In this document: positions 1 to 13,544 of the stretch, in pieces | How the letters are laid out: each line of letters begins with the position of its first letter | Numbering within the stretch: position 1 is the first letter of the stretch | From: Isurus oxyrinchus | Taxonomy: Eukaryota | Reading direction: 5' to 3' | DNA length: 64,000 nt | Assembly: GCA_026770705.1 (NCBI GenBank) | Contig: JANJGN010000071.1 | Span: 372,001 to 436,000 of the forward strand | Program-made: the position numbers and the translations under genes | The notes under the pieces: generated by a model | Told to the model about the DNA's origin: nothing | Databases searched by the model: none | Seen by the model: only the letters and a program-made list of their open reading frames with translations

Positions 1-1010
1 CTCGAGCCTGTTACACAGGAACAGGAGGAGGCCCATTCAGCCCCCTCGAGCTTGTTACACAGGAACAGGAGGAGGCCTATTCATTCCCTCAAGCCTGTTA
101 CACAGGAACAGGAGGAGGACCATTCAGCCACTCAAGCCTGTTACATGAGGACAGGAGAAAGCCCATCAGCCTCTTGAGCCTATTATACAGGAACAGGAAC
201 AGGAAAAGGACATTCAGTCCCTCAACACCCTTCCACAGGAACAGGAGAGAGTCTCAGCTCCTCGAGCCTGTTACCCAGGAACAGGAAGAGGACATTCAGT
301 CTCTCAACCCACTTACACAGGAATAGGAAACCCATTCAGTCCCTCGTGCCTGTTACACAGGAAAAGGAGGAGGCCCATTCTGTTCCCTCGAGCCTGTTAC
401 ACAGGAACAGGAGGAGGCCCATTCTGTCCCCTTGAGCCTGTTACACAGGTACAGGAGACCCATTCAGCCTCCACAAGCTTGTTACACAGGAACATTAGGG
501 GCTCCATTTAGCCCCATCAAGCCTGTTACACAGGAACAGGAGGAGGCCCATTCAGCCACTCAAGCCTGTTAGATAGGAACAGGTGGAGGCCCATTCAGCC
601 CCATGATGCTGTTACACAGGAACAGGAGGAGGCCCATTCTGTCCCCTTGAACCTGTTACACAGGAACAGGAGGTGGCCCATTCAGACCATCTAACCTGTA
701 AGACAGGAAAACAAGGAGATCCATTCAGCCTCTTGAGCCTGTTACACAGGAACAGGAGGAGGCCTATTCGGACACTCGAGCCTGTTACACAAGGACAGGG
801 GGAGGGCATTCAGCACCTGGAGCCTGTTACACAGGAACAGGAGGAGGCACATTCAGCCCTGCCAAAGACTGTTACACAGGAACAGGGGGAGGCTTAATCA
901 GCCACACAATCATGTCACACTGGAACAGGAGGAGGCCCATTTAGACCCCTCGAGCCTGTTACACAGGAACAGGAGGAGGCCCATTCAAACCCTCGAGCTT
1001 GTTGCATATG
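1..1010. repeat. ~43-bp minisatellite (CTCGAGCCTGTTACACAGGAACAGGAGGAGGCCCATTCAGCCC)
   Basis: Many degenerate tandem copies; same family at 45.0-47.5 kb. Confidence 0.95.
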
Positions 1011-1164
1011 AACAGTCAATGGCCCTTCAACCACATTATTGGCACGCAAAGGGTTAACAGTTTTCTAACAGTGCGAGGCAAAGAGTTGCTTTCTCACTTG
1101 GTACCAAGCACTTCCACATTTTGACTCACAGTGACACATGCACCCTTTTTAATTAAACACAAAT

Positions 1165-1249
1165 AGGGAGCAGCACAGGAAGAGGTCATTCAGCCCAAGC
1201 AGAGCGTGTGGGCAGTTCCTCCCCAGGCGAGCAGTCGGACAGGTCCTGG
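1165..1249 (+). other. Gene A 85-nt upstream (putative first/5'UTR) exon
   Basis: Conserved block ending TCCTGG|GTAAGT about 450 nt upstream of the leader ATG in every gene copy. Confidence 0.6.
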
Positions 1250-1699
1250 GTAAGTAACGGAACGATTGGAATTCACTTCCACGACCAACACTGTCCTTTG
1301 TTGATGTTGTGACTTTATAAAGACAGATTCCAATGATTGATGCCTTTGAAAGATTTTTACTGATTATTGAATTCTGGGTGTGAGACTCAAGTCTGTTGTA
1401 CAGAACATCTTTCTAGCTCAAGGGATGAGGGAACTGCAGAGACATGAGCTTTGGGATGTCCTGAGATAGTGAAAGGTGCTATAGAAATGCAAATCAATCA
1501 TTGTTTGTCTTACTTAAAGACTTGTAACTCTCTGCAGAGCACCTATCATCCCACAGAGAATCAAATTAGTCTGTGAAGACATTGTCTAAAAGCAGTTCTG
1601 ATCTCTCGAGAGCTGTCGGACAAGAGGTGAGGTCTCATTAACTCCTTTCTCTTTCACAGCTTGAGAGTGAGAAGTGGATGGAATATCTGGGAGTGGACG

Positions 1700-1739
1700 A
1701 TGGTCAGGAAATCTTACTTCCTCCTGTCACTTCTCCAAG
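1700..1739 (+). pseudogene. Gene A signal peptide exon (MVRKSYFLLSLLQ)
   Basis: ATG, hydrophobic leader, phase-1 donor G|GTAAT; five paralogous copies. Confidence 0.85.
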
Positions 1740-2441
1740 GTAATATCATCATCAGCTCGGACAGATTTATGGTTAATATTCTTTGTAAAAGATCATTCTT
1801 ATCTCTTTATCTCTGTAACCTCCTGCAACTCACCCAAACAACTTCCCAGATCTCTGTGTTACTCCAATTCCGGCCTCTTGACCATCCCCCGATTCCCATC
1901 ACTCCAATACTGGCGGCCGGGCCTTCAGCTGCCTGGGGCCTGAGCTCTGGAATTCACTCCCTAAACCTCGGGATGGAGGAGCTCAGAGGGTTTCATTTTA
2001 CTGAGAATCACCACGACCACATCACAGCTGCAGTGAGAATAGACAGAGAGTCCAGCCCTCACACTTCCTGCACAGTTTCACCATAGCAACCACAATATGG
2101 AAATTTAAAAATACTGAAAGTTAAACTGAAGCTCAAACCAGTCAGTGTAGAGAGATGAGATGTTTACACAGTTTCCCTGTGTGTCTTGTAGACACTGTGT
2201 TGGGTGGAAGACTGGCTTCACTAAACAGGGTCCTGAGGACCATGAGCCAATGTAGAATGAACTTGTCCACTCCTGTGTCCAGGATTCTCTTCCCTCCGTT
2301 GTGAAACCTTGGGGAATTCCATGTGTGTCCTGTAGATGGTCCACACTGCAGCCACTGTGCCCCAGTGATGGAGAGGGTGGATATCGAGTCTAGTGGATCT
2401 ACAAACCTTCCAGAGTTAAATATTGACATTTCTCTCCATAT

Positions 2442-2816
2442 TTGGACTGTCACAAGATTGAAAAGGCGACACTTCACGAGAGGTGACAGCGCAGGATGGT
2501 TCGTGTGTACAGATTCCATGTCATTACAGTTACTTATCAAATTTCATAGGGAGATCACGTGTCGGAATCTGCTTGAAAGGAATAGATGGGAACCCACAGC
2601 CGAAATGGTCTATAGCCTTTCATTCCGAAGGTCACAGTCACAGGGATCAAAGATTCCACCATCGGACCCGGCTGTCTGGAGACCTGAAAGATGGCGACTG
2701 TTCCCTGATTATAAACAACATCAGACGGGAAGATGCAGGACCTTATTTTTTCAGAATAGAATTTGACAGCAGGAATAGATACAACTATTATCCTGTAACC
2801 CAGCTTCACGTTTCTG
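2442..2816 (+). pseudogene. Gene A Siglec V-set exon, inactivated
   Basis: Acceptor CCCAG mutated to CATAT; in-frame TGA at 2459-2461 replacing Trp; C-strand Trp replaced by Cys; otherwise collinear with other V exons. Confidence 0.9.
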
Positions 2817-3195
2817 GTAAGTGCTGTGTTATAATTACTCAACAATTCACATTCAACACTCAATGGGAGATAACACAAACTGTGACGTTTACATATTAAC
2901 ACAAAACGCAGCTTATTATAACTTGCTATCTGATTCTCAATAACCTGGTGATAGCTTCCAGTTCAGTCCTAAAGCAACCTCTAATACTCACTTTAATATC
3001 AATGATTAAATGTATTCACTGTGTCCATCAATGTTATCAGGTTATCCACTCCCATTAGTCTACCTAATGCTTTTTAAATGTCTAACAATTTGACAAAAGA
3101 AGGATGTGCATTCCTATAGCGTCTTCCCATTAAGTATAAATTGTGGTTCACTTTCTGTTGGTAATCCTGCGAACGGGCTTCTTGATTCCTGCCCT

Positions 3196-3348
3196 GACAT
3201 CTTAATGTCCAAATGAACAGAACAAGTTCCAACAATGAGCTGTGGTTGGTGATTCCTCCCATTACATATCGGGACACTGGAGACTATCAGTGTGTGGCAG
3301 AGAATGAACATGGAGCAGTGGAGGGGTTCATAACCATCACTGTGGAAC
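3196..3348 (+). pseudogene. 5'-truncated Ig exon remnant (gene A)
   Basis: 3' half of the 282-nt Ig exon (MNRTSSNNELWL...TVE|GTGAGT) without its normal acceptor. Confidence 0.85.
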
Positions 3349-5019
3349 GTGAGTGTACACAGACATCAACATCTCTCTCACATTCAAACATTGCACAAAC
3401 ACACACAAATATACAGAACTAAATAGACACATGCAGACACACATGTATGAGCAATTACAAAGACACACTCACGAACAAACACACTAGCACACACTCCCCT
3501 GTGGTTTACCTGAGTACTGCACTGGAGAGTTGGCCTGGATTCTGGGATTTGTGTTCCCAATCATGTTTATGGAAGAATATGGAAATTACAAAGTCTATTA
3601 CAGACACTCAGATGCATAGAGACACTCACAGATACTCTCTGCCTCTCCAACTCTCTCTCTCCCTTTAAGAAGCTTCCTGAAAGCTAACCCTTCGAACAAT
3701 CACCGGCCCCAACTCCTCCTTATCTGATTCTGTGTGATTTTGTTTGTGTATCTGAGAGTAAGAGAGAGGTGGAGAGGTTTAGTTAGAGAATTCCTGCTGG
3801 TGAAAATCTTACATCATTTACTCACCTTTCCAGTGCACATATTTCCCAGTATGTCCAATGCCCCTGTTTATAATGATGACTGCCTATGTAAACGTCACGC
3901 TGTAGTTACAGTCTCCCACCAGTGGTGGCATTGTAGCACTTAATCCTTGTGTTTCCCAGCTTTTCAAGCAACTCCACTTCCCAGTTTGCTACACAAGCTG
4001 TGAGTTCATCAGAATTAAATTATTTCTCAAATGATAGATTTGATAATTCATTTTATTGAAAACTTCCTCAGTGCCTCCCTGAAGGGTTTACACTCTCTGG
4101 GAAGCAGGAATAGGCTGGATGTTGGGGAGTTCATCTTTTCCCAGAGAGTAGGGATCCTTGAGAATGTGCTGTCAGTGGGTGTGGTAGTTCCTGTTTCTCT
4201 GTCGCCTTCAAGAGGGATCTGGAATGGTTACTGACTGGGGGAGAGATCATGGAAGCGGAGAATGATACAGCACAGGAGGAGGCCATTCAGCCCACTGTGC
4301 CTGTGCCAGGTCTTTCAATGTTCTATCCAATCAGATCCACTAACCACCACTCCACTTTACCCCATCTTCCTCCTTCAAGTGTTTATCCAATTTCCCTTTT
4401 GAAAGTTCCTATTGAATCTGCTTCCACTGCCCTTTCAGGCAGCACCTTCCAGATCACAACAACTCGCTCTGTCAAAACAAATTCTCCTCAACTCCCCCTC
4501 CGGTTTGTCAATCTGTGTCCCTCTGGTTACCGACCCTCCTGCCCCTTAAATACATCGATACTGTTCACCTCAACCACTCCCTGTGGGAGTGAGTTCCACA
4601 TTCTCCCCTCTCTCTGGGTAAAGATTGGAACTGTTTATTAAGCGGGGGGTGTAAGTCCGTGGGGGAGTCCATCTCGATTCTGCCCGATTCGCAAACGCGT
4701 CCGAGATGGATTTCCACCCTGCACTAAACGTTTCCAGAATTTTCTACAGCACAATCCTGTACACAGCGATGGAGAGAAACATTGGACAGGGAGTCCAACA
4801 GCACAATGATCCATTCTCACCAATGTTCCACGCTAAGGGGAAAGTTCCGATTGTCCACTCTTAGAGTGTTTACAATGAAAACATTCGTTCCACATTGAAT
4901 CCCAGTGGATGGGTCAATATTACAGCAAATGTTGCAGTGATATGAAGCTTGATTGTTCAGCCAGAGTGAGAGATTGAAAGCGGAGAGTCAGTGATGATTT
5001 CTTTCTGTGTGTTCTCTAG

Positions 5020-5159
5020 ACAGTGGAGGAGAGATTCTGCATGTGATCCTGATCCTGGGAATACGAGCTGTGATATTCCTTGTGGCTGTGGTTATCACTA
5101 TCACTGGAGTCTGTGTCTGGGAGAGACAAACAGTGAAAGGAAGTCGACAGACTGTTTGA
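5020..5159 (+). pseudogene. Gene A activating-type TM/short-tail exon (Arg in TM)
   Basis: CTCTAG acceptor; SGGEILHVILILGIRAVIFLVAVVITITGVCVWERQTVKGSRQTV*. Confidence 0.8.
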
Positions 5160-5269
5160 AGCTTTGTACAGCAACAATCTGGTCAGTCAGTGCGGACAAA
5201 TAACGTGTGATGTTGTGTTAAGTTGTAATGAAACTGGTCAGTGTCCTGGTTAGAATCACCTTCGTATCA

Positions 5270-5880
5270 GAGAGGCATTCCAGCACAGTAGGAGACCATT
5301 CAGCCCATTAAGTCTATGCTGTCTCTGTGTAGAGCAATCCACTCAGTCCCATTCCCCCGCTCTATCCCCGTATCCCTGCATGTTTATTTCCAAGTGTCCA
5401 ACCAATTTCTGTTTGAAATCGTTCATCGTCTCCACTTCCACCATCCTCGCAGGCAGCGAGTTCCTGCTCATTACCACTCGCTGTGTAAAAAAGTTCCTCC
5501 TCACATCCCCCCACTGCCCACAACCTTCAATCTGTGTCCCCCAGTCCTTGTCCCATCAGCTAATGGCAACAGCTTCTCTTTGTCTACCGTATCTAAACCC
5601 ATCATCATCTTGTACACCTCGATCAGATCCCCCCTCAATCTCCTTTGCTCCAAGGAGAACAACCCCAGCTTCTCCAACCCAACCTTGTCGCTAAAATCCC
5701 TCATCCCTGGACCCATTCTGCTCAATCTCCTCCCCACCCTCTCAAGGACCCTCACTTCCTTCCCAAAGTGAGGAGACCAGAACTGGACACAATACTCTAG
5801 CTGTGACCTAACCAGAGCTTTATAAATGTTCAGCATAACCTCCCTGTGTTTGTACTCAATCCCTCGATTTATGAAAAGCT
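5270..5880 (-). mobile_element. CR1 LINE 3' fragment
   Basis: ORF 5501-5926 with LEYCVQFWSP and LEQRRLRGDLIEVYK, typical of the CR1 ORF2 C-terminus. Confidence 0.9.
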
Positions 5881-6594
5881 TATTCTTTCCATCAGCACAA
5901 ACAGCAATTTCCAAGCGGACTCCCATCAGCAGACAGAGTGCAATGAAACATCGGCATGCCTGCTTCTTAATGTACGGAGAGAAACCTGGAACGAGAGATT
6001 CTCCTTCTTCTCCTCAGCAAGCTGAAACTTTTCCTTATACCTGGTGCTCCCCAGTCCTGCTGTGTGGACACATCATAACCACGGCATTGTCTGGCTGTGT
6101 GCAGCCAACATGGTCAAATAGGAATGAACAGAAATGTGACATTGCTAAACTCTGTTCTCTGATTGGAATGTGCTTTCTGAATGCTGCACCTTTTTCATGC
6201 TGCGATAGATTGTAAGAAGCATTTGGGTTATGAATAAAATTACATTGATTAACACAAGTGATTAAAATGTTCAGCCTTTTCTGTAGATACTTATGGATTA
6301 AAATTCTTATTTTGCTGCCAGATTCTTGGCTCAAAGACATTATTTCATGTTGTCACTTTTTCCAGTCAGATGAATTCCTGTGGCCATCTTTATAATGGAA
6401 ATTTTCAATGTAAACACGTCACATTGCAGCTGCACACTCCTGCCAGTGGTGGTGCCATTCCAAAACTGTCTTGCTGCACCAACACAGTGAGAATTATTCT
6501 CGACATGTACATGATGTTGTTGTTACACAGACATCAGGCGGAATCTTGGGCTGTGCCTAGAATGCACTTAGGACATTGCAGACCACGCACAGAA

Positions 6595-7030
6595 TTGACA
6601 GTGCAGCGTTTCCTCAATCCTGACCCTCGGTCAGTGCAGCGCTCCCTCATTACTGTCCCTCTGACAGTGCTGCACTACCTCATTATTGACCCTTTTCAAG
6701 TGCAGCACCCTGTCAGAACTGACCTTCTGACAGTGCAGCACACCCTCATGGCTGACAATCTGACAGTGCAGCACTCCCTCAGTACTCATCCACCCACAGT
6801 GCAGCACTCCCTCAGTACTGATCCTCTGACACTGTATCCCTCCCTCACTACTGACCTTCCGACAGTTCAGCACTCCCACGGTACACACCTTCTGACAGTG
6901 CAGCACTCCCTCAGTACAGACTCTCTGACAGTGCAGCACTCCCTCAGTACTCACCCTCCCACAGCGCAGCCCTCTCTCAGTACTCACCCTCCCACAGTGC
7001 AGCACTCCCTCAGTACTCACCCTCCCACGG
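6595..7030. repeat. 30-bp minisatellite (ACAGTGCAGCACTCCCTCAGTACTGACCCT-like)
   Basis: Tandem 30-mers (TVQHSLSTDP in translation). Confidence 0.9.
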
Positions 7031-7244
7031 TGCTGTTCGAGTTGATTCAATCAAGACTGGTGCCCAAAGAGGGAGGTTTCAATGCTAAATCATTGAATCG
7101 GTGAAAATTATTTTTAGGCTTACGGGAACAAGACTTAGTTCCTCAAATCCTTTCTTTTGCAATAACACACAGTACAAGAATTCTGTTTAAATAAATTCCA
7201 GTTAAACTTTGCCATGAAAGGATATCTTCTCACACTCGGCTCTA

Positions 7245-7620
7245 CCTCAGTACTAACCCTCCCACAGTCCGGCACCCCCTCAATACTGACCCTCTGACTG
7301 TGCGGAACTCACTCAATACAGACCCGCCGACAGTTCAGCACTCCCACATTACTGACCCTCTGACAGTGCAGCACTCCCTCAGTACTGAACCTCTGACCGT
7401 GCAGCACTCCCTCATTACTGACCCTCTGACAGTGCAGCACTCCCACATTACTGACCCTCTGACAGTGCAGCACGCCCTCACTACTGACCCTCTGACAGTG
7501 CAGCACTCTCCCATTACTGACCCTCTGATAGTGCAGCACTCCCACATTACTGACCCTCCCACAGTGCAGCACTCCCACAGTAGAGTCCCGCTGACAGTGC
7601 AGCACTCCCTCCGTAATGAT
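7245..7620. repeat. 30-bp minisatellite
   Basis: Same unit as 6595-7030. Confidence 0.9.
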
Positions 7621-7837
7621 AACAGGGGTCGTTGAAATGTATCATACGGCCCGAGACCTGTATTGGGGACTCTATCGCCTGAGTTTCAGCCTCTGTGGTG
7701 AGGGGGAGGAGTCTAATCCCACGGAGCCAATGGAGAAGCTTCATGACTACAGCTGCCCAAATATGAGCTGACAGATCACACATGGTAAACGTTTTGCTGA
7801 GAGCACAAAACATCCTCGATCTTCTCACTGATTACCC

Positions 7838-7848
7838 ACTTCCTCATT
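7838..7848 (-). promoter_or_regulatory. Candidate PU.1/Spi ETS site (AAATGAGGAAGT-like on minus strand)
   Basis: ACTTCCTCATT about 55 nt upstream of the 85-nt exon; conserved at 31748, 47641, 56427. Confidence 0.45.
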
Positions 7849-7892
7849 TTGTCTCACAGTGACACATCCACCCTTTCTAATTAAACACACAG

Positions 7893-7977
7893 AGGGAGCA
7901 GCACAGGAAGAGGTCATTCAGCCCAAGCAGAGCGTGTGGGCAGTTCCTCCCCAGGCGAGCAGTCGGACAGGTCCTGG
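7893..7977 (+). other. Gene B 85-nt upstream exon
   Basis: Same conserved block with GTAAGT donor. Confidence 0.6.
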
Positions 7978-8427
7978 GTAAGTAACGGAACAATTGGAAT
8001 TCACTTCCACGACCAACACCGTCCTTTGTTGATGTTGTGACTTTATAAAGACAGATTCCAATGATTGATGCCTTTGAAAGATTTCTACTGGTTATTGAGA
8101 TCTGGGTGTGAGACTCAAGTCTGTTGTACAGAACATCTTTCTAGCTCAAGGGATGAGGGAAGTGCAGAGACATGAGCTTTGGGACGTCTTGAGGTGGTGA
8201 AAGGTGCTATAGAAATGCAAATCCTTTAATGTTTTTCTTTCTTAAAGCCTTGTAACTCTCTGCAGAGCACCTATCATCCCACAGAGAATCAAATTACTCT
8301 GTAAAGACATTGTCCAAAAACAGTTCTGATCTCTTGAGAGCTGTCGGACAAGAGGTGAGGTCTCATTAACTCCTTTCTCTTTCAGAGTTTGAGAGTCAGA
8401 AGCTTATGAAATATCTGGGAGTGGACA

Positions 8428-8467
8428 ATGATCGGGAAATCCTACTTCCTCCTGTCACTTCTCGAAG
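8428..8467 (+). CDS. Gene B Siglec-like signal peptide exon (MIGKSYFLLSLLE)
   Basis: ATG, leader, phase-1 donor. Confidence 0.85.
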
Positions 8468-9949
8468 GTAATAACGTCGTCAGCTCGGACAGCTTTATGG
8501 CTAATAGTCTTTGTAAAAGATCATTCTTATTGAGTGTGATTGGGAACCGATTCAGCAGTGAGCCAGTGTACAAACTGACACCAAGTCCCATTCATCCATC
8601 ACCCCTGTGCTCACTGATATACACTGACTCCCTGTCTGACAGCAGAATTGGAGGAGAGCAGAGATCTCAGAGGGTTTTAGGGTTGGAGGAGGTTACACAG
8701 ATAGAGAGTGTAGAGGGGCGATGGTGGGGTAAGAACTCGATGATGAGAATTTGAAATTTGAGTCATTGCTGGACTGGGAGTCAGTGTAGTTCAGCCAGTG
8801 ACTGGGAAGCAATCGGCTGAATAGAGAATCAGGAATACCAACTGGGGGTTGAGGTCTATCCTGATGCTGGGACTCGGATAACAATGCCCTGAAATTTTGT
8901 GTCTTTTGCTGATTTTGTCAGAAATTCCCATGAAGACAACACAGCAGCTCCTAGAATAGACAGGCTGTTCAGTGTCACTCTTCCTGTCCATTCTCACCTT
9001 GCTAGAAACTTCAATAAGGGAGCAAGATAACTGATAGAGAGAAGGAAGGTAAAGCTGTCCGTGTGTAAAGCTGTCAAATATTCTGAGTTATCATGATTGT
9101 CTCTGATCTGCTGCAGAGTTTAAAGTTCTCAGAACATTAGCACTTTGCAGCTCAGAGAGAGACCATTGACTCACTGCCTGAAAGGCCGGTGGAAGCAGAT
9201 TCAACAGGAACTTTCAGAAGGGGAACTAGATAAATACTTGAAGGGGACATTTTGCAGGGCTGTGGAGGAGAGAGCAGAGGTTAGAGTGGGACTAATTGGA
9301 CAGATCTTTCAAAGGCCCAGCACAGGCTCGATGGGCCAAATGGCATCCTTCATTTCCGGATCATTCTACAATCCGATAAATTAAGCCCCACATCAGTAAC
9401 TCTTCAGGCTCCTGCTGCAGGGATGGATCTTTGAGAAGGACAGGGAACAAGAGGTTCCTGGTATCATTTTCATATTTCTTGACAATTATATGTGTATAGA
9501 TCTGTTGAATATTTGAGTCTCTAAAGCGTAGAGGTAATCTGCTGTTATATCGAGATCTTGTGGTGACAAAATTGTCTGGAGGTTTCTTTAATTGCTCACA
9601 TTGATCTGTGGGATTGTCATTCTTCGATGTTGTCCCTGGTTTCAATTGACATTACACCCTTGATGCAACTGAGGAGGCTTTAAACTAATATGGTAGGGGA
9701 TCGGATCCCGAGAGGAGGTTCAACAGAGAGAGATGCACGGCCAAAATTAGAAGAGAGAGCAAATGAAACTGGAAGGCATAGAAATTATTGGCCATTTAAG
9801 GCTCAAGATAGCGTGGCAAAGTTGGATTGTATTAATTTTAATGCAAGGAGTCTGACAGACTTGCATTCTCCTGCAGGTGTAATGTTGCAGCTCCCTTGAA
9901 CCTGCCAATATTGTTGAATCTTTCTGCATATTTCAATGTTATGTCATGA

Positions 9950-11030
9950 ACTGAGCTGATGGGATAGTTTCTGAGACTGGGACAGACATAAATCCATTGG
10001 CTTTCGGCCGGACCGGACAATCATGGAAGTGGGTGGGGCCAGAAAATTCCCACCCCTATGGGAACATTTTCAGTTAATTTGATGTGCCCAGAGAGATCAC
10101 TAAAGACCACAATCCACAATTTATTGGCAAGCCACGTCAGGATATGTGTGAGAGGTGGAATATCGATCACCGCTCCTAGTCTCGTCGTGTACATCATCGC
10201 CATTTCCTGGTTTGTCAGTCACCACATGTATATGTTCCTGATGGGATAGCGGATGGTCATTCTTATTGCTTGAAGGTTCCCCGTTGTGCAGGGTTTGATT
10301 GGATCAGCGCACGGCTCTTTGTAGCTGCATCAGCCTTTGCTCTCGTGCCCTGCCGCTGTCAATGGCCCTTTCTGCCACAAGCCTTGCAGGATTGGTGGAA
10401 AGCTGGGCATTTCCTTGGTGCCTGCAGAAGGCCACACCTTCCACACGTCTCACTAGGTTTGGATGTTCTAGTGAGTGTGTCAACAATTGATGTTGTACTG
10501 AGGACCTGTAAGCTTCGTTGACCTGCGAGGATCACTTCGTATTTATGTCCATCCTTGAGTAGCTCTTCAATGCTATAGGTTTTGGTCTTATCTAGCAGAT
10601 CTTTCTGGAAGGCTTCCATGGGAGTGGATGTAATCACCAACTCAACAACTCTGTCTGCAGGCTCTGTGTTTGAAATCACAGTGCGTACCCTTTTCTCTAC
10701 ATCGGCTGATGAAGTGGTCTATGGATTGTGTAGGCTGATGAAATGACATAAACTCTAGTTGATGAATATGGAGTTTCACCTGATTCTGAACCTGTCTTCC
10801 AATATCGTCCGTATCTATTGGGGATCCTTTCGCTCTTCTGCTGTTAATCCTGATGTGTTCAGCCTGTGTAGACCTTCATTCCCAATCGCGAGGTGAATTT
10901 TTATGGCTTGCTCGTCTGGTTCAGTCATACCTGAATCAGGAAACCAGAGCTCTGTACACTGTTTAAACATTCTGAATTCAGATAGTCGGTCAGCTACATC
11001 CCAGTTTAAACTGGGGAATTTTGTGGACAT
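9950..11030 (-). mobile_element. Ty3/Gypsy LTR retrotransposon gag relic
   Basis: Broken ORFs 10815-11030 and 10359-10679 with gag-like N-terminus and Cys/His knuckles CGRCG...KCPAFHQSCKACGRKGH. Confidence 0.75.
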
Positions 11031-11262
11031 TCTGACAATATTCCTTTGACCTTCCTTCTCCTACAGGATCTGGGATGAGGTTAAAGCCACTGATACGGAA
11101 TTGGGTAAATACATTGTGGGTTCAGTTATTTAGAACAGGGACATGAGAACAGATATACAAGGATAGAAAGCTGGGAGACACCTGCAGCCAAACTGTGAGC
11201 TGTGTTCTGCTCACAGGCCAAAGTGAAACTTGGACTGGATGGTGTTATCATCCCAGCTGATG

Positions 11263-12480
11263 TTACTACTGGGCAAGTCAGATCCCAGGGTGGAGCTCAG
11301 CTTGATAGGTCCTAACTTTTATTTTTTATTTAGGAATGTGGAGTGCGGCTACTGAACAGTCACAGGAGTCATCTGATGAACTTCTAACAAAAGAATAAAA
11401 CATTTATTAAACTAGGAAAGACAAACTATATGACATTACTCCTTCACCCAGACCTATACCTTTACAGATACATAAGTAGAACACAAATTACGATAACTAT
11501 CTTATATTCTCATGTTCACACTAAGTACACAGTCCGTGTAAACCAATAGACGACCTGTGGTCAGGGACACAACATTCTGAAAGCAAGTGGCAGAGCCCAC
11601 TTGAAACAAATTCTATGTCTCATCTGTCCCCAGACGCTTGTTACACTGTGAGCCAACCAGTCTCACTGAAAAGCTTCTTTCATATGAGAGTTTCCAATCT
11701 CCACTCTCCAAGAACTCTCTTTGGAATCTTCTCCAACATGACACTTTCACTCAGACACCTTCCACAAGTGACCACTTTCACTATTTCAAACTCTCCTTCC
11801 CATGTTCCTGCCCCCTGGATTGCCACGTGCATTCAGCCTTCCTTCCACGCCCTGTCTCTCCAATGCTCAGCCGTGTCAATGGAACACCATGGCTTCACAT
11901 GGCCGTAGTAATGAGTCACCAACCTGTGGTGTCTCCTAGGATCTTCTGGCTTCTCACAAGCCTATTTTGCTTTAGGCCTGTGTCATGCTGCTTTCTCCCT
12001 TTATGCTTGAAGCCTTCTTCTGCTCCTCACTCTTAACTTCACTTAACAGGGCCTTTTCCAGATTTGACTAGAAGGTTTTCTTGGGCCCTTTCTCCTGTTC
12101 CACTCGATGGTTTTGGCTTCTTCTTTACTTTGGGACTGACTATCTGTCCCGCTCCTTTGCTGCTTCTCCTGGCAACTCCTTTCAACAGAACTGAAAGTAC
12201 TTTTCTGTTTTTCTCTGTCTCTGTGGGTCCTTCCCTCTGGATCATTGTTGCCAGGCAACAGCATAGTTTCTTACACCTTGTATTTGTTTTGACTTCCCTT
12301 CAACAGACATAAAACCTCAATGGAATGCTGGCTTCTTTTTACGTCAAGTTCCCCCTTTTCTAAACACCCAAATACAGAAATACAAACTAAACTTGAACTT
12401 AAAGATAGACCTTATGCCTAACGCACACAAATACACATCGAACTTACTTAAGCCAACTCCAGTTCCTAAAAATCACATGA
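11263..12480. mobile_element. Possible LTR-like/non-autonomous insertion
   Basis: Begins TGTTAC, ends ...ATGACA; absent from paralogous leader-V introns; boundaries approximate. Confidence 0.3.
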
Positions 12481-13157
12481 CACACTTCCCCTCGAGTGAT
12501 GTCATGCTGCTGTCCCTGAAAGGCATATTACAACAGTGTTATCACTTGGCAGGTGATGTGTGCCAGGCAGACCAAGTCCATGAGAGAAACTTGGTCACAC
12601 TATCATAATGATTTTGCAATTTGTATTTGTTATGATTGTGCACTGAATTCAGAAGCAATAACTCCATCAAGACATTTAGAGATTTAAAACAATAAATTAA
12701 AATATTTGTCATCAAAATAAAAGATTTCAAGCACATACATAAGACTACAATGACTGCTATAATAACTCCTAAAATTCCTAATTAACCTGACTCCCAGTTA
12801 CACTTCCTTTAAGGCAACAGACCAAAAATAGATGTTAGATTTAAAACAAACTTAGCAAGTTAACCCAATGCCCTGGACAGTGGAATTCCAAATGCATTGT
12901 CCCCAACTTCAGTTCTGTTGCAGAGCAGGTTTGTACACAAACAGGGTCCTGAGGACCATGAGCCAATGTAGCATGAATATTTCCGCTTTTGTGTCCAGGA
13001 TTCTCTTCTATCCATTGTGAAACATTGGGGAGATCCCTGTGTGTCCTGTAGATGGTCCACACTGCAGCCACCCTGACCCCGTGAAGGAGGGGGTGGATAT
13101 CAAGTCTAGTGGATCTACAAACCATCCAGAGTTAAATATTAATATTTCTCTCCCCAG

Positions 13158-13544
13158 TTGGACTGTCACAAGAGTGGAAAGGTGAAACTCCACGAGAGGT
13201 GACAGCGCAGGAAGGTTCGTGTGTACAGATTGCATGTAACTACAGTTATCCAGCACGTGTAGTAGGGAGAGCACGTGTCGGAATCTGGTACGTGAAATGG
13301 TACACATGGAATACATGGAATACAAGGTCTAGAGGGACCATAGCTTTTCACTCCAAGGATCACAATCGCGAGTTAGCACGGTTCCACCATCGGACACGGC
13401 TGTCTGGAGAACTGAAAGATGGCGACTGTTCCCTGATTATAAACAACATCAGACGGGAAGATGCAGGATATTATTATTTCAGAATAGAATTTGACAGCAG
13501 AAATACATACAGCTACTATCCTGCAACCCAGCTTCATGTTTCTG
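13158..13544 (+). CDS. Gene B Siglec V-set exon 1 (divergent C-C' loop)
   Basis: CCCCAG acceptor, G|GTAAGT donor, 387 nt open frame, EGSCVQIAC / GDCSLII / YYFRIE. Confidence 0.9.

Noticed and set aside
4991-5203. Cys-rich 70-aa ORF (also 52618-52830)
   Set aside because: Wrong frame of the TM exon
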